From: Nitrospirota bacterium
GTDB lineage: Bacteria; Nitrospirota; Thermodesulfovibrionia; Thermodesulfovibrionales; BMS3Bbin05
Assembly (NCBI GenBank): GCA_020351835.1
Contig: CP070669.1
Span: 1,157,682 to 1,220,526, forward strand
Reading direction: 5' to 3'
Length of the DNA: 62,845 nucleotides
Part shown: positions 17,341-26,800 of the stretch, one piece after another
Position numbering within the stretch: position 1 is the first letter of the stretch
Layout: every line of letters begins with the position of its first letter
Notes under the pieces: generated by a model
Database searches by the model: none
The model's input: the letters and a program-made list of their open reading frames with translations, nothing else
Told to the model about the DNA's origin: nothing
Made by a program: the position numbers and the translations under genes

Positions 17341-19135
17341 GAATCTGACAAAGCGTATAGTGATTTCCGGCTATGTCATTGTTATCGTCTTCTTTGTGTT
17401 CTTCTTGCGTTTGTGGCAGATCCAGGTTCTAGAAGGGAAACAATACAGACAGCATTCCTACAGCAATAGGATAAAGGTCCTTAAGATACCCGCCCCGAGA
17501 GGCATCATATATGACAGGAACGGTAAAGCCCTGGTCAAGAACGGCCCGTTCTATTCGGCATCATTGATACCGGGAGCAGCTTCTGAAGTTGATACTGCCC
17601 CGCTTGCATCACTTCTAGGCATTGATGAAGATGAACTGATATCAAGACTTTCAGCGGATGTTCCTTCATTTGAATCGATCAAATTAAAAGAGGGGCTGAG
17701 CATGGAAGAGGTTGCCTTTATAGAGGCGCGCAGGTCGGACTTCCCCGGACTCATAATAGAAACTGAAGTGACCCGTCATTATGTGTATGGGGAAATTGGT
17801 GCGCACGTCGTAGGATATCTTGGGATGCCGGGTCCTGAAAAGCTTGAGGTATACAAGAACAGCGGCATACCGCCGGACGCGTTCACGGGCAAATGGGGTA
17901 TAGAAGCGCTCTATGACAGCGAGCTCACAGGTACACCCGGAAAGAAGGTTGTTGAGGTAGATGCCCTCGGCAGACAGCTCAAGCTAGTAAGAGAGGAGCC
18001 TCCTGTAAGAGGGGAGGATATAAGGATCAGCCTTGATATTGAGCTGCAAAGGGAGATAGAAGGGGCTTTTGACGGAAAGACGGGTGCCGCTGTGGCTCTC
18101 GATGTGGAGTCCGGTGACATATTATCACTTGTAAGTTTGCCATCGTTCGATCCCAATCTTTTTTCCCGAGGTATATCAGCCTCAGACTGGAGAGCACTGA
18201 ACGAGAACCCTTATTTCCCTTTCCTTAACAGAGCCCTTCAGAGCCAGTATCCGCCGGGTTCTGTTTTCAAATTGGTCGTAGCAGCGGCAGCTCTCGAAGA
18301 GAATATTTTGCCTGATGGGTTCAAGGTTAATTGCAGAGGAGCGATAAGACATGGGAGGTGGACCTACAAGTGCTGGAAGAGGTCAGGTCACGGTAATGTC
18401 GATATTCATAAGGCGATAGTTGAGTCGTGTGACGTATTCTTTTATGAGGTAGGCAGGCTTCTCGGTATAGACAAGATAGCAGAGTACGCGGAGAGATTTG
18501 GCTTAGGTCTGCCATCAGGCATTGAGGTTGTCGAGGAGAAGACCGGTTTTATCCCGACGACTGCGTGGAAGGAGAACACCCTTGATCAACCATGGTACAT
18601 TGGTGAGACCTTTCATGCATCGATCGGCCAGGGATATGTCCTTGCAACTCCGTTACAGCAGGCTCTGTTGGTGTTAGCGGTAGCCAATAGCGGGACAGTG
18701 CAAAAACCTTCTATAAGGATGAAAAAGGAGATCTCCGACGTTCTGAGACGTATAGTGTTAAAAGAGGAAACAGTGGAAACACTAAAGGATGGATTAAGAG
18801 GAGTAGTGAACGAGAAGAAGGGCACTGCCTATTGGAGTGCCAGATCGAATAAGTATGTGTTAGCGGGTAAGACCGGGACATCTCAGGTGATACGTCTGAG
18901 AGAGGAAGGTAAAAAGAATGAAGAGATAGAGGAGCGTTTCAGGGACCACGCATGGTTCGTTTCGTTCGCACCATATGATGACCCAAAGATAGCTATGAGC
19001 GTTTTTGTAGAGCACGGGGGACATGGCTCATCGGCAGCAGCTCCAATAGCTAAGAAGGCAATGGAGTACTACCTTGACACATATATTGAAGGATCAGAAC
19101 AGGAAGGTGGAAAAATTATAAATGATAAATCTTGA
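17330..19135 (+). CDS. mrdA: Penicillin-binding protein 2 (elongasome transpeptidase)
   Basis: RGIIYDRNG, the SxxK motif (PPGSVFK), the SxN region and KTGT (AGKTGTSQV) are present. Confidence 0.93.
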   Translation: MSSENLTKRIVISGYVIVIVFFVFFLRLWQIQVLEGKQYRQHSYSNRIKVLKIPAPRGIIYDRNGKALVKNGPFYSASLIPGAASEVDTAPLASLLGIDEDELISRLSADVPSFESIKLKEGLSMEEVAFIEARRSDFPGLIIETEVTRHYVYGEIGAHVVGYLGMPGPEKLEVYKNSGIPPDAFTGKWGIEALYDSELTGTPGKKVVEVDALGRQLKLVREEPPVRGEDIRISLDIELQREIEGAFDGKTGAAVALDVESGDILSLVSLPSFDPNLFSRGISASDWRALNENPYFPFLNRALQSQYPPGSVFKLVVAAAALEENILPDGFKVNCRGAIRHGRWTYKCWKRSGHGNVDIHKAIVESCDVFFYEVGRLLGIDKIAEYAERFGLGLPSGIEVVEEKTGFIPTTAWKENTLDQPWYIGETFHASIGQGYVLATPLQQALLVLAVANSGTVQKPSIRMKKEISDVLRRIVLKEETVETLKDGLRGVVNEKKGTAYWSARSNKYVLAGKTGTSQVIRLREEGKKNEEIEERFRDHAWFVSFAPYDDPKIAMSVFVEHGGHGSSAAAPIAKKAMEYYLDTYIEGSEQEGGKIINDKS

Positions 19136-20243
19136 TAGGCGGTCCATTCAGAACTTCGACTGGTTAACTTTTGCACTGGTATTGTTGATGAGCCTTGTTG
19201 GTATCATGACGATATATAGTACGACCAGACCGATCGGAAACGAGGGCGTATCACTGTTCTATCTCAAGCAATCGGTCTGGCTTGCAATTGCGATATTAGC
19301 TCTCCTGGTATGTGTTGCTTTCGATTATAACTGGCTATTGAGGATATCAACACACCTGTATGTAATAGGGTTGGTCGCCCTTGTTCTTGTTCTTATTATA
19401 GGCACAACCGGCATGGGAGCAAAAAGATGGATAAGCATGGGCCCTTTGAACTTCCAGCCATCGGAGTTCTTCAGGGTCATATTCATAATTTCCATAGCAA
19501 GCTACCTCTCTAAGATGAAAGGGCTTATCGACTTTATGGACATTGTAAAAGCAATGGCACTATTTCTGCTAATTCCCTTCGCTCTCATAATAAAGGAACC
19601 GGACCTTGGGTCGGCAATGATATTGTTTTTCATCTTTGTTGCTGTGGTCTTCATGCGCGGAGTACATAAGAAGGCGCTCGTGATTATTATAGTTGTCGGG
19701 CTGATATCTGGACCTTTCATGGGCAAGATAGTATGGGGGCAGCTGAAGGACTATCAGAAGAACAGACTTATAGCTTTTGTTAAACCTGAAGTTGATCCTT
19801 CGGGTATCGGTTACCAAATAGACCAGTCAAAGATAACGATCGGATCAGGAAGGTTCTTTGGTAAGGGGTACATGAAGGGTACTCAGGGGCCATTCCGTTT
19901 TCTTCCTGAAAAGCATACAGATTTCATTTTTGCCGTGTTCGCTGAAGAGTGGGGTTTTCTGGGGTGCGCGCTAATTCTGGCAGCATACCTTACGCTGCTT
20001 ATGAGGGGGCTTGATACCGCGGTGAAGGCAAAGGACACCTTCGGACGATTAACAGCTTTTTCTATCGTCATTATGTTCCTCATATATTTTGTTATAAATG
20101 TAGGCATGACCGTTGGGATGATGCCCGTTGTCGGTGTGCCATTGCCCTTCATGAGCTACGGCGGTACGTCCCTGGTCGCAAACTTTGCGGCCACCGGGAT
20201 ACTTATCAATATCAGGATGCGAAGGTTTGCTCTCTTTTACTAA
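19122..20243 (+). CDS. rodA: Peptidoglycan glycosyltransferase RodA (SEDS family)
   Basis: QPSEFFRV, EPDLGSA, PEKHTDFIFAVFAEEWGF and LPFMSYGGTS are present. Confidence 0.93.
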   Translation: MINLDRRSIQNFDWLTFALVLLMSLVGIMTIYSTTRPIGNEGVSLFYLKQSVWLAIAILALLVCVAFDYNWLLRISTHLYVIGLVALVLVLIIGTTGMGAKRWISMGPLNFQPSEFFRVIFIISIASYLSKMKGLIDFMDIVKAMALFLLIPFALIIKEPDLGSAMILFFIFVAVVFMRGVHKKALVIIIVVGLISGPFMGKIVWGQLKDYQKNRLIAFVKPEVDPSGIGYQIDQSKITIGSGRFFGKGYMKGTQGPFRFLPEKHTDFIFAVFAEEWGFLGCALILAAYLTLLMRGLDTAVKAKDTFGRLTAFSIVIMFLIYFVINVGMTVGMMPVVGVPLPFMSYGGTSLVANFAATGILINIRMRRFALFY

Positions 20244-20285
20244 AGAAATATCTTTTTGCTATAATACTTTCCTTCTTTTGCTCAT

Positions 20286-20362
20286 GGCGGTGTAGCTCAG
20301 GTGGTCAGAGCATGCGGCTCATATCCGCAGTGTCGGGGGTTCAAATCCCTCCACCGCCACCA
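20286..20362 (+). tRNA. tRNA with anticodon CAT, either elongator tRNA-Met or lysidine-modified tRNA-Ile2, with encoded CCA
   Basis: It folds as a cloverleaf: acceptor GGCGGTG/CACCGCC, D-arm GCTC/GAGC, anticodon stem TGCGG/CCGCA with loop CTCATAT, T-arm GGGGG-TTCAAAT-CCCTC, then ACCA. The G1:C72 pair argues against an initiator. Confidence 0.9.
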
Positions 20363-20400
20363 ACACCATACTTGTCAGAACAGACGCCGGAGCTGAAGGG

Positions 20401-21474
20401 TTATTTAGCGTGTTCCAATGCTTTTAGCTTTTCAGCCTGGAAATGAGTGGTGAGGGAATCAATGACCTCATCCAGTTCACCCTCCATGAACTGGGGAAGT
20501 TTGTGAAGCGTTAGGCCTATTCTGTGGTCGGATATCCGTGTCTGGGGGTAATTATATGTCCTGATGCGTTCGCTCCTGTCCCCGGACCCGACCTGGGATT
20601 TCCTTGATTCAGCTATCTCCTGGTTCTGCCGCTCTATCTCCATATCATATAACCGGGACCTGAGCACCTTAAGAGCCTTGGCCTTGTTCTTTATCTGGGA
20701 CCTCTCGTCCTGGCATTGTACTATCAGGCCGGTAGGTATATGGACTATCCTCACAGCAGAATAAGTAGTGTTCACTCCCTGTCCGCCCGGCCCAGAAGCG
20801 CAGAAAGTATCTATCCTGAGGTCTTTTTCCTCTATGTGTAGGTCTACATCCTCGGCTTCAGGCAGTACAGCAACGGTCGCGGCTGAGGTATGTATCCTCC
20901 CGGATGTTTCAGTAGTTGGGACGCGCTGTACCCTGTGCACCCCGCTCTCGTATTTCAGACGGCTATAAACACCCTTGCCGCTAATGGTCGCTATCACCTC
21001 TTTCATCCCACCTATGCCGGTGGGGCTGGAGCTGAGCACCTCAACTTTCCAGCCGTTGCGCTCCGCATACTTTGAATACATTCTGAAAAGGTCGGCGGCG
21101 AACAATGCTGCCTCATCTCCACCCGTGCCTGCCCGGATCTCTATGATAACGTTCCTTTCATCGCGCTTGTCCTTAGGCAGTAACATTATCTTAAGCTCCT
21201 CTGCAAGGGCAGAGATAACCGGTCTAAGGATATCTATCTCTTCCCTTGCAAGTTCCTTAAGGTCACTGTCGCCGCTTTTCATTACATCTTCAGCACCGGC
21301 AAGGTCATCAAGGGCCTTCGTGTACTCTCTTATCTTGCTGACCACAGGTCCGAGGTCCGAGTGTTCCTTTGATACTCTTTGCAATTCCTTCGGGGAAGAG
21401 ATAACTGCAGGGTCGGATAACATCTCGTTGAGTGCCTCATATCTCTTCTCTATGTCTTTAAGTTTATCGATCAT
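20401..21474 (-). CDS. prfA: Peptide chain release factor 1
   Basis: The GGQ motif ([10 protein letters not shown]) is present. [20 protein letters not shown] carries an RF1-type PxT tripeptide, and no RF2 frameshift site is seen. Confidence 0.93.
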   Translation of the reverse strand: MIDKLKDIEKRYEALNEMLSDPAVISSPKELQRVSKEHSDLGPVVSKIREYTKALDDLAGAEDVMKSGDSDLKELAREEIDILRPVISALAEELKIMLLPKDKRDERNVIIEIRAGTGGDEAALFAADLFRMYSKYAERNGWKVEVLSSSPTGIGGMKEVIATISGKGVYSRLKYESGVHRVQRVPTTETSGRIHTSAATVAVLPEAEDVDLHIEEKDLRIDTFCASGPGGQGVNTTYSAVRIVHIPTGLIVQCQDERSQIKNKAKALKVLRSRLYDMEIERQNQEIAESRKSQVGSGDRSERIRTYNYPQTRISDHRIGLTLHKLPQFMEGELDEVIDSLTTHFQAEKLKALEHAK

Positions 21475-22334
21475 TTGTTCCCGCTCAGCGCCACGGCCTC
21501 TTTAAGGGCAACGATAGCGACCTCTATCTGAGACTCGTCAGGCTCGCGCGTTGTAAGCCTTTGAAGGAGCAGGCCGGGCTGGATCATGATGTTAACGAAA
21601 GGGTTGTCCTTCATCTTTGAAGAAAGCTTGAGGGTCTCATACGATACCCCCGCTATCACCGGTATAAGAACTATCCTTGAAAGGAACTTCATCACAAAAC
21701 CCCATGAATGAGGTATAAGTGAGAATATAAATATACTCAGGATCATTACAATGAACAAAAAACTTGTTCCACATCGTGGATGATGGGGACTGAACGCCCT
21801 TACGGATCCGACCTCCAGTTCAAGCCCTTCTTCATACGCATGGATGGCCTTATGCTCTGCGCCGTGGTATTCGAATATCCTTGCCATGTCCTTCCATAGC
21901 CCGATAAGGAACACATAAAGAATAAAGAATGCCACCCTTATCACACCGTCGATCATATTGAACCATAAGGAGCTGTCGGCTGTTCCGGGAATAAGCTTGG
22001 TCAAGTACAAAGGGAGGAGTATAAATATTGCAACTGCAAGCCCAAATGCAGAAAGTATGGTTAATCCCATCGCCAACGGGGTCAGTGGTTTTTCGTCTTC
22101 CTCGATATATGCCTTTGAAGCTGAAAAGTCTATTGCCTTAACACCTATCACCAGTGCGTCTAAGAGTGCGACTACACCCCTGATAAAAGGCAACTTCATG
22201 AATCCCCTGCGGGCGTCCATGGGCTGTCTTTTGATATGTATCTCACCCTTGGGGTCACGGACCGCTACTGTCCAACCCCCGTGTGATTTCATCATTACTC
22301 CCTCTATTACTGCCTGTCCGCCTATATTGTCCAT
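21471..22334 (-). CDS. DUF1385 domain-containing membrane protein
   Basis: [13 protein letters not shown]... and [10 protein letters not shown] are present. Its position between rpmE and prfA is typical, with an ATGA-type overlap onto prfA. Confidence 0.8.
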   Translation of the reverse strand: MDNIGGQAVIEGVMMKSHGGWTVAVRDPKGEIHIKRQPMDARRGFMKLPFIRGVVALLDALVIGVKAIDFSASKAYIEEDEKPLTPLAMGLTILSAFGLAVAIFILLPLYLTKLIPGTADSSLWFNMIDGVIRVAFFILYVFLIGLWKDMARIFEYHGAEHKAIHAYEEGLELEVGSVRAFSPHHPRCGTSFLFIVMILSIFIFSLIPHSWGFVMKFLSRIVLIPVIAGVSYETLKLSSKMKDNPFVNIMIQPGLLLQRLTTREPDESQIEVAIVALKEAVALSGNK

Positions 22335-22383
22335 TATTTATCTCTTATGTTCTCAAGTATTGTCCTGTTCAATGATTTTGAAG

Positions 22384-22422
22384 ACAAAAAAGCCGTACGG
22401 CCCCGGGGCTCGAACGGCTTTT
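22384..22422 (-). terminator. Rho-independent terminator after rpmE
   Basis: The minus strand reads AAGCCGT-tcgaGCCCCGGGGCcgt-ACGGCTT followed by a T-run. It lies in the 101-nt gap between rpmE and the DUF1385 gene. Confidence 0.6.
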
Positions 22423-22435
22423 GATATCTTTATAT

Positions 22436-22642
22436 CTACTTGTCTTTTTTAGCGTATTTCTTCTTGAACTTATCCACTCTACCTTCGGCGTCAACTATCT
22501 TCTGCTTGCCGGTGAAGAACGGATGGCACTGTGAGCATATATCAATATGTATGGACGGAGTTGTGGATTTTACCTCGAACGACTCCCCGCACGCGCAAAC
22601 CACTTTTGACTCCTTGTAGTCCGGATGAATACCCTCTTTCAC
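22436..22642 (-). CDS. rpmE: 50S ribosomal protein L31 (Zn-ribbon type)
   Basis: MKEGIHPDY...CACG...[20 protein letters not shown]. Confidence 0.95.
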   Translation of the reverse strand: MKEGIHPDYKESKVVCACGESFEVKSTTPSIHIDICSQCHPFFTGKQKIVDAEGRVDKFKKKYAKKDK

Positions 22643-22717
22643 AGTTGAAACCTCCTTCTAGCAACGATCTGAACCATTATTATAGTAAATAGATAGCGAA
22701 TATGGCAATAGTGAATG

Positions 22718-24112
22718 TTATCCAGAAAGGGCAGTAGAAATTGCAGTAACTATTTGATTTATTTGCGATGTAGATATGGTCATGACATCGAGAACCAGGC
22801 GGTCATCGCTGATCCTTGCGATCACAGGCGGGTTGCTCTTCCTTAAGCGCTCCTCAATTGTATTAACGGAAATCTTATGGGGAATGACAGAAACGGTCCA
22901 GGTAACGAACTCGGCGTCAGGCAGGGAGCCTCCGCCCGCCCGGGTGATATCCTTCCTGATGCTTATATCTGCCTTGACCCCGGCCTTTTTCAATGCTGAA
23001 GAGAGCCTCCGCGCCCTTATTTTAAGTGCTTCGTTCGAAGAATACAGCATCTTCAGTACCGGGATCCGCCGCTTTGCCAGCTCCTGATCTGCGTATATCA
23101 TGAAAACGGACTCCAGCGCCGATAACGTGAATTTGTCTACCCGCAAAGCTCTCGTTAAAGGATGTTTCTGTATACTCTGGATCAGGTCCTTCCGACCGAC
23201 AATTATACCGGCCTGCGGGCCCCCAAGAAGCTTATCACCGCTAAAGGTTGTAATATCTATCCCCGACCTGACAATGTTCTGTACCATAGGTTCATCATGA
23301 ATACCAAGAGGGTTCAGGTCAACCAGGCAGCCGCTTCCCAGGTCGTACATCGATACGATACCGTTCTTCTTGCCCAGAGCGGACAGATCGTCAACGGATA
23401 CATCTGATGTGAAGCCGCTGATCCTGAAGTTAGAACGGTGGGCCTTAAGCAACAGTCCTGTGTTCTCATTTATTGCAGCTTCGTAATCTCGCAGGTGCGT
23501 CTTATTAGTAGCACCAACCTCTTTAAGAATTGCACCGCTCTGCTCCATTACTTCAGGTATACGGAACGAGCCACCTATCTCTATAAGTTCGCCCCTTGAT
23601 ACGATTGCCTCTTTGCCCCTTGCAAGCGCGCTTAAGCATAGTAGGACGGCCGCGGCGTTGTTGTTCACTATGAGGCAGTCCTCGGCACCGGTTATCTCAT
23701 TAATAAGTTCCCTTATGTGTGAGTATCTTTTCCCTCTGGCACCCTTATCAAGATCATATTCGAGATTGGAGTACCCTTCAGCTACCTTCATTACGTTCTG
23801 AAGCACGTCTTTTGGCAGGGGGGCCCTTCCCAGGTTCGTGTGGATCACTATACCGGTTGCATTTATCACAGGTCTAAGGTTAGGGCTCAGCAGAACATCA
23901 AGAGAGCTAAGCACCTCTCTGATAATATCGTCCGTATCTACCCTGACCTGAGCACCCGAGCGTATCCTTTCTCTGTTATCATCTATCACTTTCCTGGCAG
24001 CCATAAGCCCGAAAGCCCTTGGGTATTCTTTTAAACGCTCTTCGATAAGTTCGTTCTTTATTATCTGGTCAACGGAAGGGAGGTTTCGTAATAGAGATCG
24101 TTTGTCATCCAT
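22718..24112 (-). CDS. selA: L-seryl-tRNA(Sec) selenium transferase
   Basis: LLRNLPSVDQII, VINATGIVIHTNLGRAP, NNNAAAVLL, GGSFRIPEVM and the PLP-lysine context FSGDKLLGGPQAG are present. Confidence 0.92.
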   Translation of the reverse strand: MDDKRSLLRNLPSVDQIIKNELIEERLKEYPRAFGLMAARKVIDDNRERIRSGAQVRVDTDDIIREVLSSLDVLLSPNLRPVINATGIVIHTNLGRAPLPKDVLQNVMKVAEGYSNLEYDLDKGARGKRYSHIRELINEITGAEDCLIVNNNAAAVLLCLSALARGKEAIVSRGELIEIGGSFRIPEVMEQSGAILKEVGATNKTHLRDYEAAINENTGLLLKAHRSNFRISGFTSDVSVDDLSALGKKNGIVSMYDLGSGCLVDLNPLGIHDEPMVQNIVRSGIDITTFSGDKLLGGPQAGIIVGRKDLIQSIQKHPLTRALRVDKFTLSALESVFMIYADQELAKRRIPVLKMLYSSNEALKIRARRLSSALKKAGVKADISIRKDITRAGGGSLPDAEFVTWTVSVIPHKISVNTIEERLRKSNPPVIARISDDRLVLDVMTISTSQINQIVTAISTALSG

Positions 24113-24148
24113 TTTGGTTTTCTAACATAAAGAATGAAATATTGCAAG

Positions 24149-24628
24149 TTAGTGCGACAGGTCCGTCAGGCCGACAATTTTCCTGATGAACCGCTTAATG
24201 AATGGTAACTTGTTCAGGGCCGGGGTGAACATCTCTTTCCTGCAAATAAGATATTTTAACGGGAAGTGAAGATGAAGCAAAAGTGCCCGCCCGTTCACTG
24301 TGGATACTTTTCCGAGGACATTACTAAGCGGGATGATGCCGTCATCTTCAATTAAGGCATCTCCTCTTGTGACAACGCCGTCAGGAAGTATACGGATTAT
24401 CCGGTGAAGGAGGGGCATGTCATTTAATTGTCTTAGCAGGATCACATCACCTGTCTTCAGAGGAGAGCTTACAGGCATAACCGTGACGGTATCTCCCTCA
24501 ACTATGAAAGGCTCCATGCTGTCCCCGGTAGCAGAAAATCGAAGGTGATGCTTACCCGAAATTAGATCCTCGGCGATCTCAGAAAAAACCCTGCTGTCAG
24601 TAATGTCATATATATTGTGATCATTCAT
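24149..24628 (-). CDS. Soluble ER/archaeal-type (S26B, SipW/Sec11-like) signal-peptidase-fold protease, candidate RiPP leader peptidase
   Basis: All four S26B boxes are present: GDSMEP, GDVILL, LLHRII (His replacing the Lys general base) and TRGDALIEDD. No hydrophobic N-terminal anchor precedes the catalytic Ser. Confidence 0.6.
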   Translation of the reverse strand: MNDHNIYDITDSRVFSEIAEDLISGKHHLRFSATGDSMEPFIVEGDTVTVMPVSSPLKTGDVILLRQLNDMPLLHRIIRILPDGVVTRGDALIEDDGIIPLSNVLGKVSTVNGRALLLHLHFPLKYLICRKEMFTPALNKLPFIKRFIRKIVGLTDLSH

Positions 24629-24630
24629 CG

Positions 24631-25557
24631 CTATGACAATATTTCCTTAACGAAATCAAAGATATTATGATCAGGGTAAAAATGAAGGTCATAGCAGGGC
24701 ACATTGCTTATAAGATCGTCGCAAGATGAAAGGATACCTGCGACCGCCTCCCTGTCAAACCATGGGGAGGATACCGCCGGGAGTAACCTCTCTATAGCAT
24801 CAATTGGCGATATCTCATTTGCGATGTTCTCTGTCCCGTGATGAATAAAGAACAGACCACCTACCTCAACCTTAGAATTAGATGCAATGCCTTCCTCTCC
24901 CGGCCAGGGGGTCCCGTAAGCAAGATATCCTTTGCCGTTGCTTCTTATTACTACGCGGTCATCACTAAGGAGAGGTTCCTTTGATCTCTCTGCGATAAGT
25001 CTTGAGATGGTGCTTTTCCCTGACCCCGAACGCCCTGCAAATATGAGGCCCCTATTATTGATCGATGATCCTGCTGCATGCACAATAAGACCCCTTCGGT
25101 TCGATAGATAATACATCAGTAGTATCTGGTCCAGAGGGTATCTGACAGGATTGGCCGATATAATGTCAGGCGCTCCCTCGATGATAAATCTTTCATCGCA
25201 TTTGATAGACACTTCATCATTATCGCCGTTCATTTCAGCGACAAGAAGAATGTCGTCATGCCCCGTGCCGTAGAGCTTTATATATGAGCTTCCGCTGTCC
25301 CTGTAAAAGGACCAGGAGGATCCGTTATCGAACAACATGGGGATATCAGTCATGTCCGGAGGGTCGCTTATATCTACTGATATGCTCAGGTCGTGATCCG
25401 TAATATGGTCGATAGTGCTAAAGAAGGGGCCATAGCACGGATCATTTTCGAGCAGTTCAGATATTCCCTTCAGCTTCAGTAGTGATCTTACTCCTCCAAT
25501 ATCAAGTATGTAAGATGCAGGCATTACTTCCGGGGTTATGACCCGGGGCTTGAACAA
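24631..25557 (-). CDS. HPr kinase/phosphorylase C-domain-like (HprK-related) P-loop kinase
   Basis: LIVHAAGSSINNRGLIFAGRSGSGKSTISRLI....LLSDDRVVI matches the HprK catalytic-domain pattern. The likely true start is ATG 25524 (GGAAG SD), 11 nt after the precursor stop, rather than TTG 25557. Confidence 0.7.
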   Translation of the reverse strand: MFKPRVITPEVMPASYILDIGGVRSLLKLKGISELLENDPCYGPFFSTIDHITDHDLSISVDISDPPDMTDIPMLFDNGSSWSFYRDSGSSYIKLYGTGHDDILLVAEMNGDNDEVSIKCDERFIIEGAPDIISANPVRYPLDQILLMYYLSNRRGLIVHAAGSSINNRGLIFAGRSGSGKSTISRLIAERSKEPLLSDDRVVIRSNGKGYLAYGTPWPGEEGIASNSKVEVGGLFFIHHGTENIANEISPIDAIERLLPAVSSPWFDREAVAGILSSCDDLISNVPCYDLHFYPDHNIFDFVKEILS

Positions 25558-25718
25558 TTATTAAGTGTGCAAGGGGATCCCAGAGGAGCAGAGCCCCCGG
25601 CCGAGAGCTTACATCCTACGGCCATGATCTCTTCAGCAGCCAGGTCTATCTTCCTGAGAGAAGGTTTTTCATAGGTTCTTTTAGGTGTATCTTCTGTTTT
25701 CCTGTCAGTGTTCATCAA
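25536..25718 (-). CDS. RiPP precursor peptide candidate (59-60 aa; YxxPxL leader, 3-Cys core, C-terminal Ser)
   Basis: (M)MNTDRKTEDTPKRTYEKPSLRKIDLAAEEIMAVGCKLSAGGSAPLGSPCTLNNCSSPGS. It is wedged between the rSAM/SPASM gene (5-8 nt gap) and the kinase gene. ATG 25715 follows TTG 25718. Confidence 0.6.
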   Translation of the reverse strand: MMNTDRKTEDTPKRTYEKPSLRKIDLAAEEIMAVGCKLSAGGSAPLGSPCTLNNCSSPGS

Positions 25719-25723
25719 CTATA

Positions 25724-26800
25724 TTATAGCTCATTATTAATTAATTGAAAACGATGCGAACCAAGATCGCACAGATATTTTGACCGCTCACTTTCAGAAC
25801 CTGTCTCAAGCTCAGCAAAGCCAGGGCATATCCCACACAATGATCTCTTATTGCAGCTAGTGCAATCCGACCCCGGGTCGGCCAGTTTGCCCTTTATCTG
25901 TGAGCTTATACTCTGCCAGCCGGCACTGAAACTTCCTCTATTGAGGTCATAGCTAATATGCCGGGTCATAAGACATGGTTTAAGGTTCCCTGAAGCATCT
26001 ATGTGGAAGTTGGTAGAGCCGGCACCGCAGGAATACAGGTTCTTAGACGGCCTAAGTCCTTTAAACTTATTATAGTGCTTCCTCCACTGATCAATTCTGG
26101 CGGGATCCGAAAATTCCATTTCCACTGCTGTTCGGGGAGATATCCTCAGGTCCATCGGACCTTGATCACCATTCAGGCGGGGAAATATAGCAGGATCGAG
26201 CCTGAACGGTGCTCCGAACCGTCCTGCTGTTCTCCGTATCTCAAAGAGATCATCCGCGTTAAGGGACATAAGTACCGTCTTAAGCTTAACATTAATACTT
26301 GATGAGACAAGAAGCTCGATCCCCTGAATGCAGCGCCTGAAAGATCCAGCGATGCCCGTGATCGACTCATATACCTTCTGTGACGAACCGTATAGACTGA
26401 TCTCGACGGATGCAGGAGGATAACTTTTCAACAGATCGGCGATCGCTATATCGACCAGGGTGCCGTTAGAGAAGACCGATACCAGAAGGCCCCTCATTTT
26501 TGCATGAACATATATCTCCCTGAAATCTTTTCTTAAGAGAGGCTCGCCCCCGGTTAATAGCAGATGTAAACATCCGGATTCGGTTATTTCGTCTATTATC
26601 TTACAAATTGTTGAGGTGTTCATCTCGATCGTTTTGCGTTCCCGGCCATCAGAAATGTAACAATGTGAACATCTCAGATTGCAGGAGTCGGTAAGGTCTA
26701 TGCTGCCGGATAAAGGGACCTTCTGTTCAAATACTTTTTTGCTAAAATCCCTGAGAAAGGCCTCATCACTAAGCCAGGAAGTCTGTTCACAGGAGTGCAT
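25724..26800 (-). CDS. Radical SAM / SPASM-domain peptide maturase
   Basis: CNLRCSHC (CX3CX2C), GGEPLL, and the C-terminal CGAG...C...CTSCNKRSLCGIC...C auxiliary Fe-S cysteines are present. Confidence 0.88.
   Translation of the reverse strand: MHSCEQTSWLSDEAFLRDFSKKVFEQKVPLSGSIDLTDSCNLRCSHCYISDGRERKTIEMNTSTICKIIDEITESGCLHLLLTGGEPLLRKDFREIYVHAKMRGLLVSVFSNGTLVDIAIADLLKSYPPASVEISLYGSSQKVYESITGIAGSFRRCIQGIELLVSSSINVKLKTVLMSLNADDLFEIRRTAGRFGAPFRLDPAIFPRLNGDQGPMDLRISPRTAVEMEFSDPARIDQWRKHYNKFKGLRPSKNLYSCGAGSTNFHIDASGNLKPCLMTRHISYDLNRGSFSAGWQSISSQIKGKLADPGSDCTSCNKRSLCGICPGFAELETGSESERSKYLCDLGSHRFQLINNEL

Noticed and set aside
20244-20400. The tRNA-Met(CAT) gene as an integration site of a genomic island
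   Set aside because: There is no integrase, no direct repeat of the tRNA 3' end and no compositional break. The flanking genes (rodA, prfA) are core housekeeping genes.
25724-26800. The radical SAM/SPASM enzyme as an anaerobic sulfatase-maturating enzyme (anSME), given the FGE-domain gene 6.5 kb away
   Set aside because: No sulfatase gene is present, and the adjacent peptide lacks the (C/S)-x-(P/A)-x-R sulfatase motif. The enzyme is coupled to a PqqD RRE and a short peptide, which points to RiPP maturation. Phylogeny would be needed to exclude the anSME option fully.
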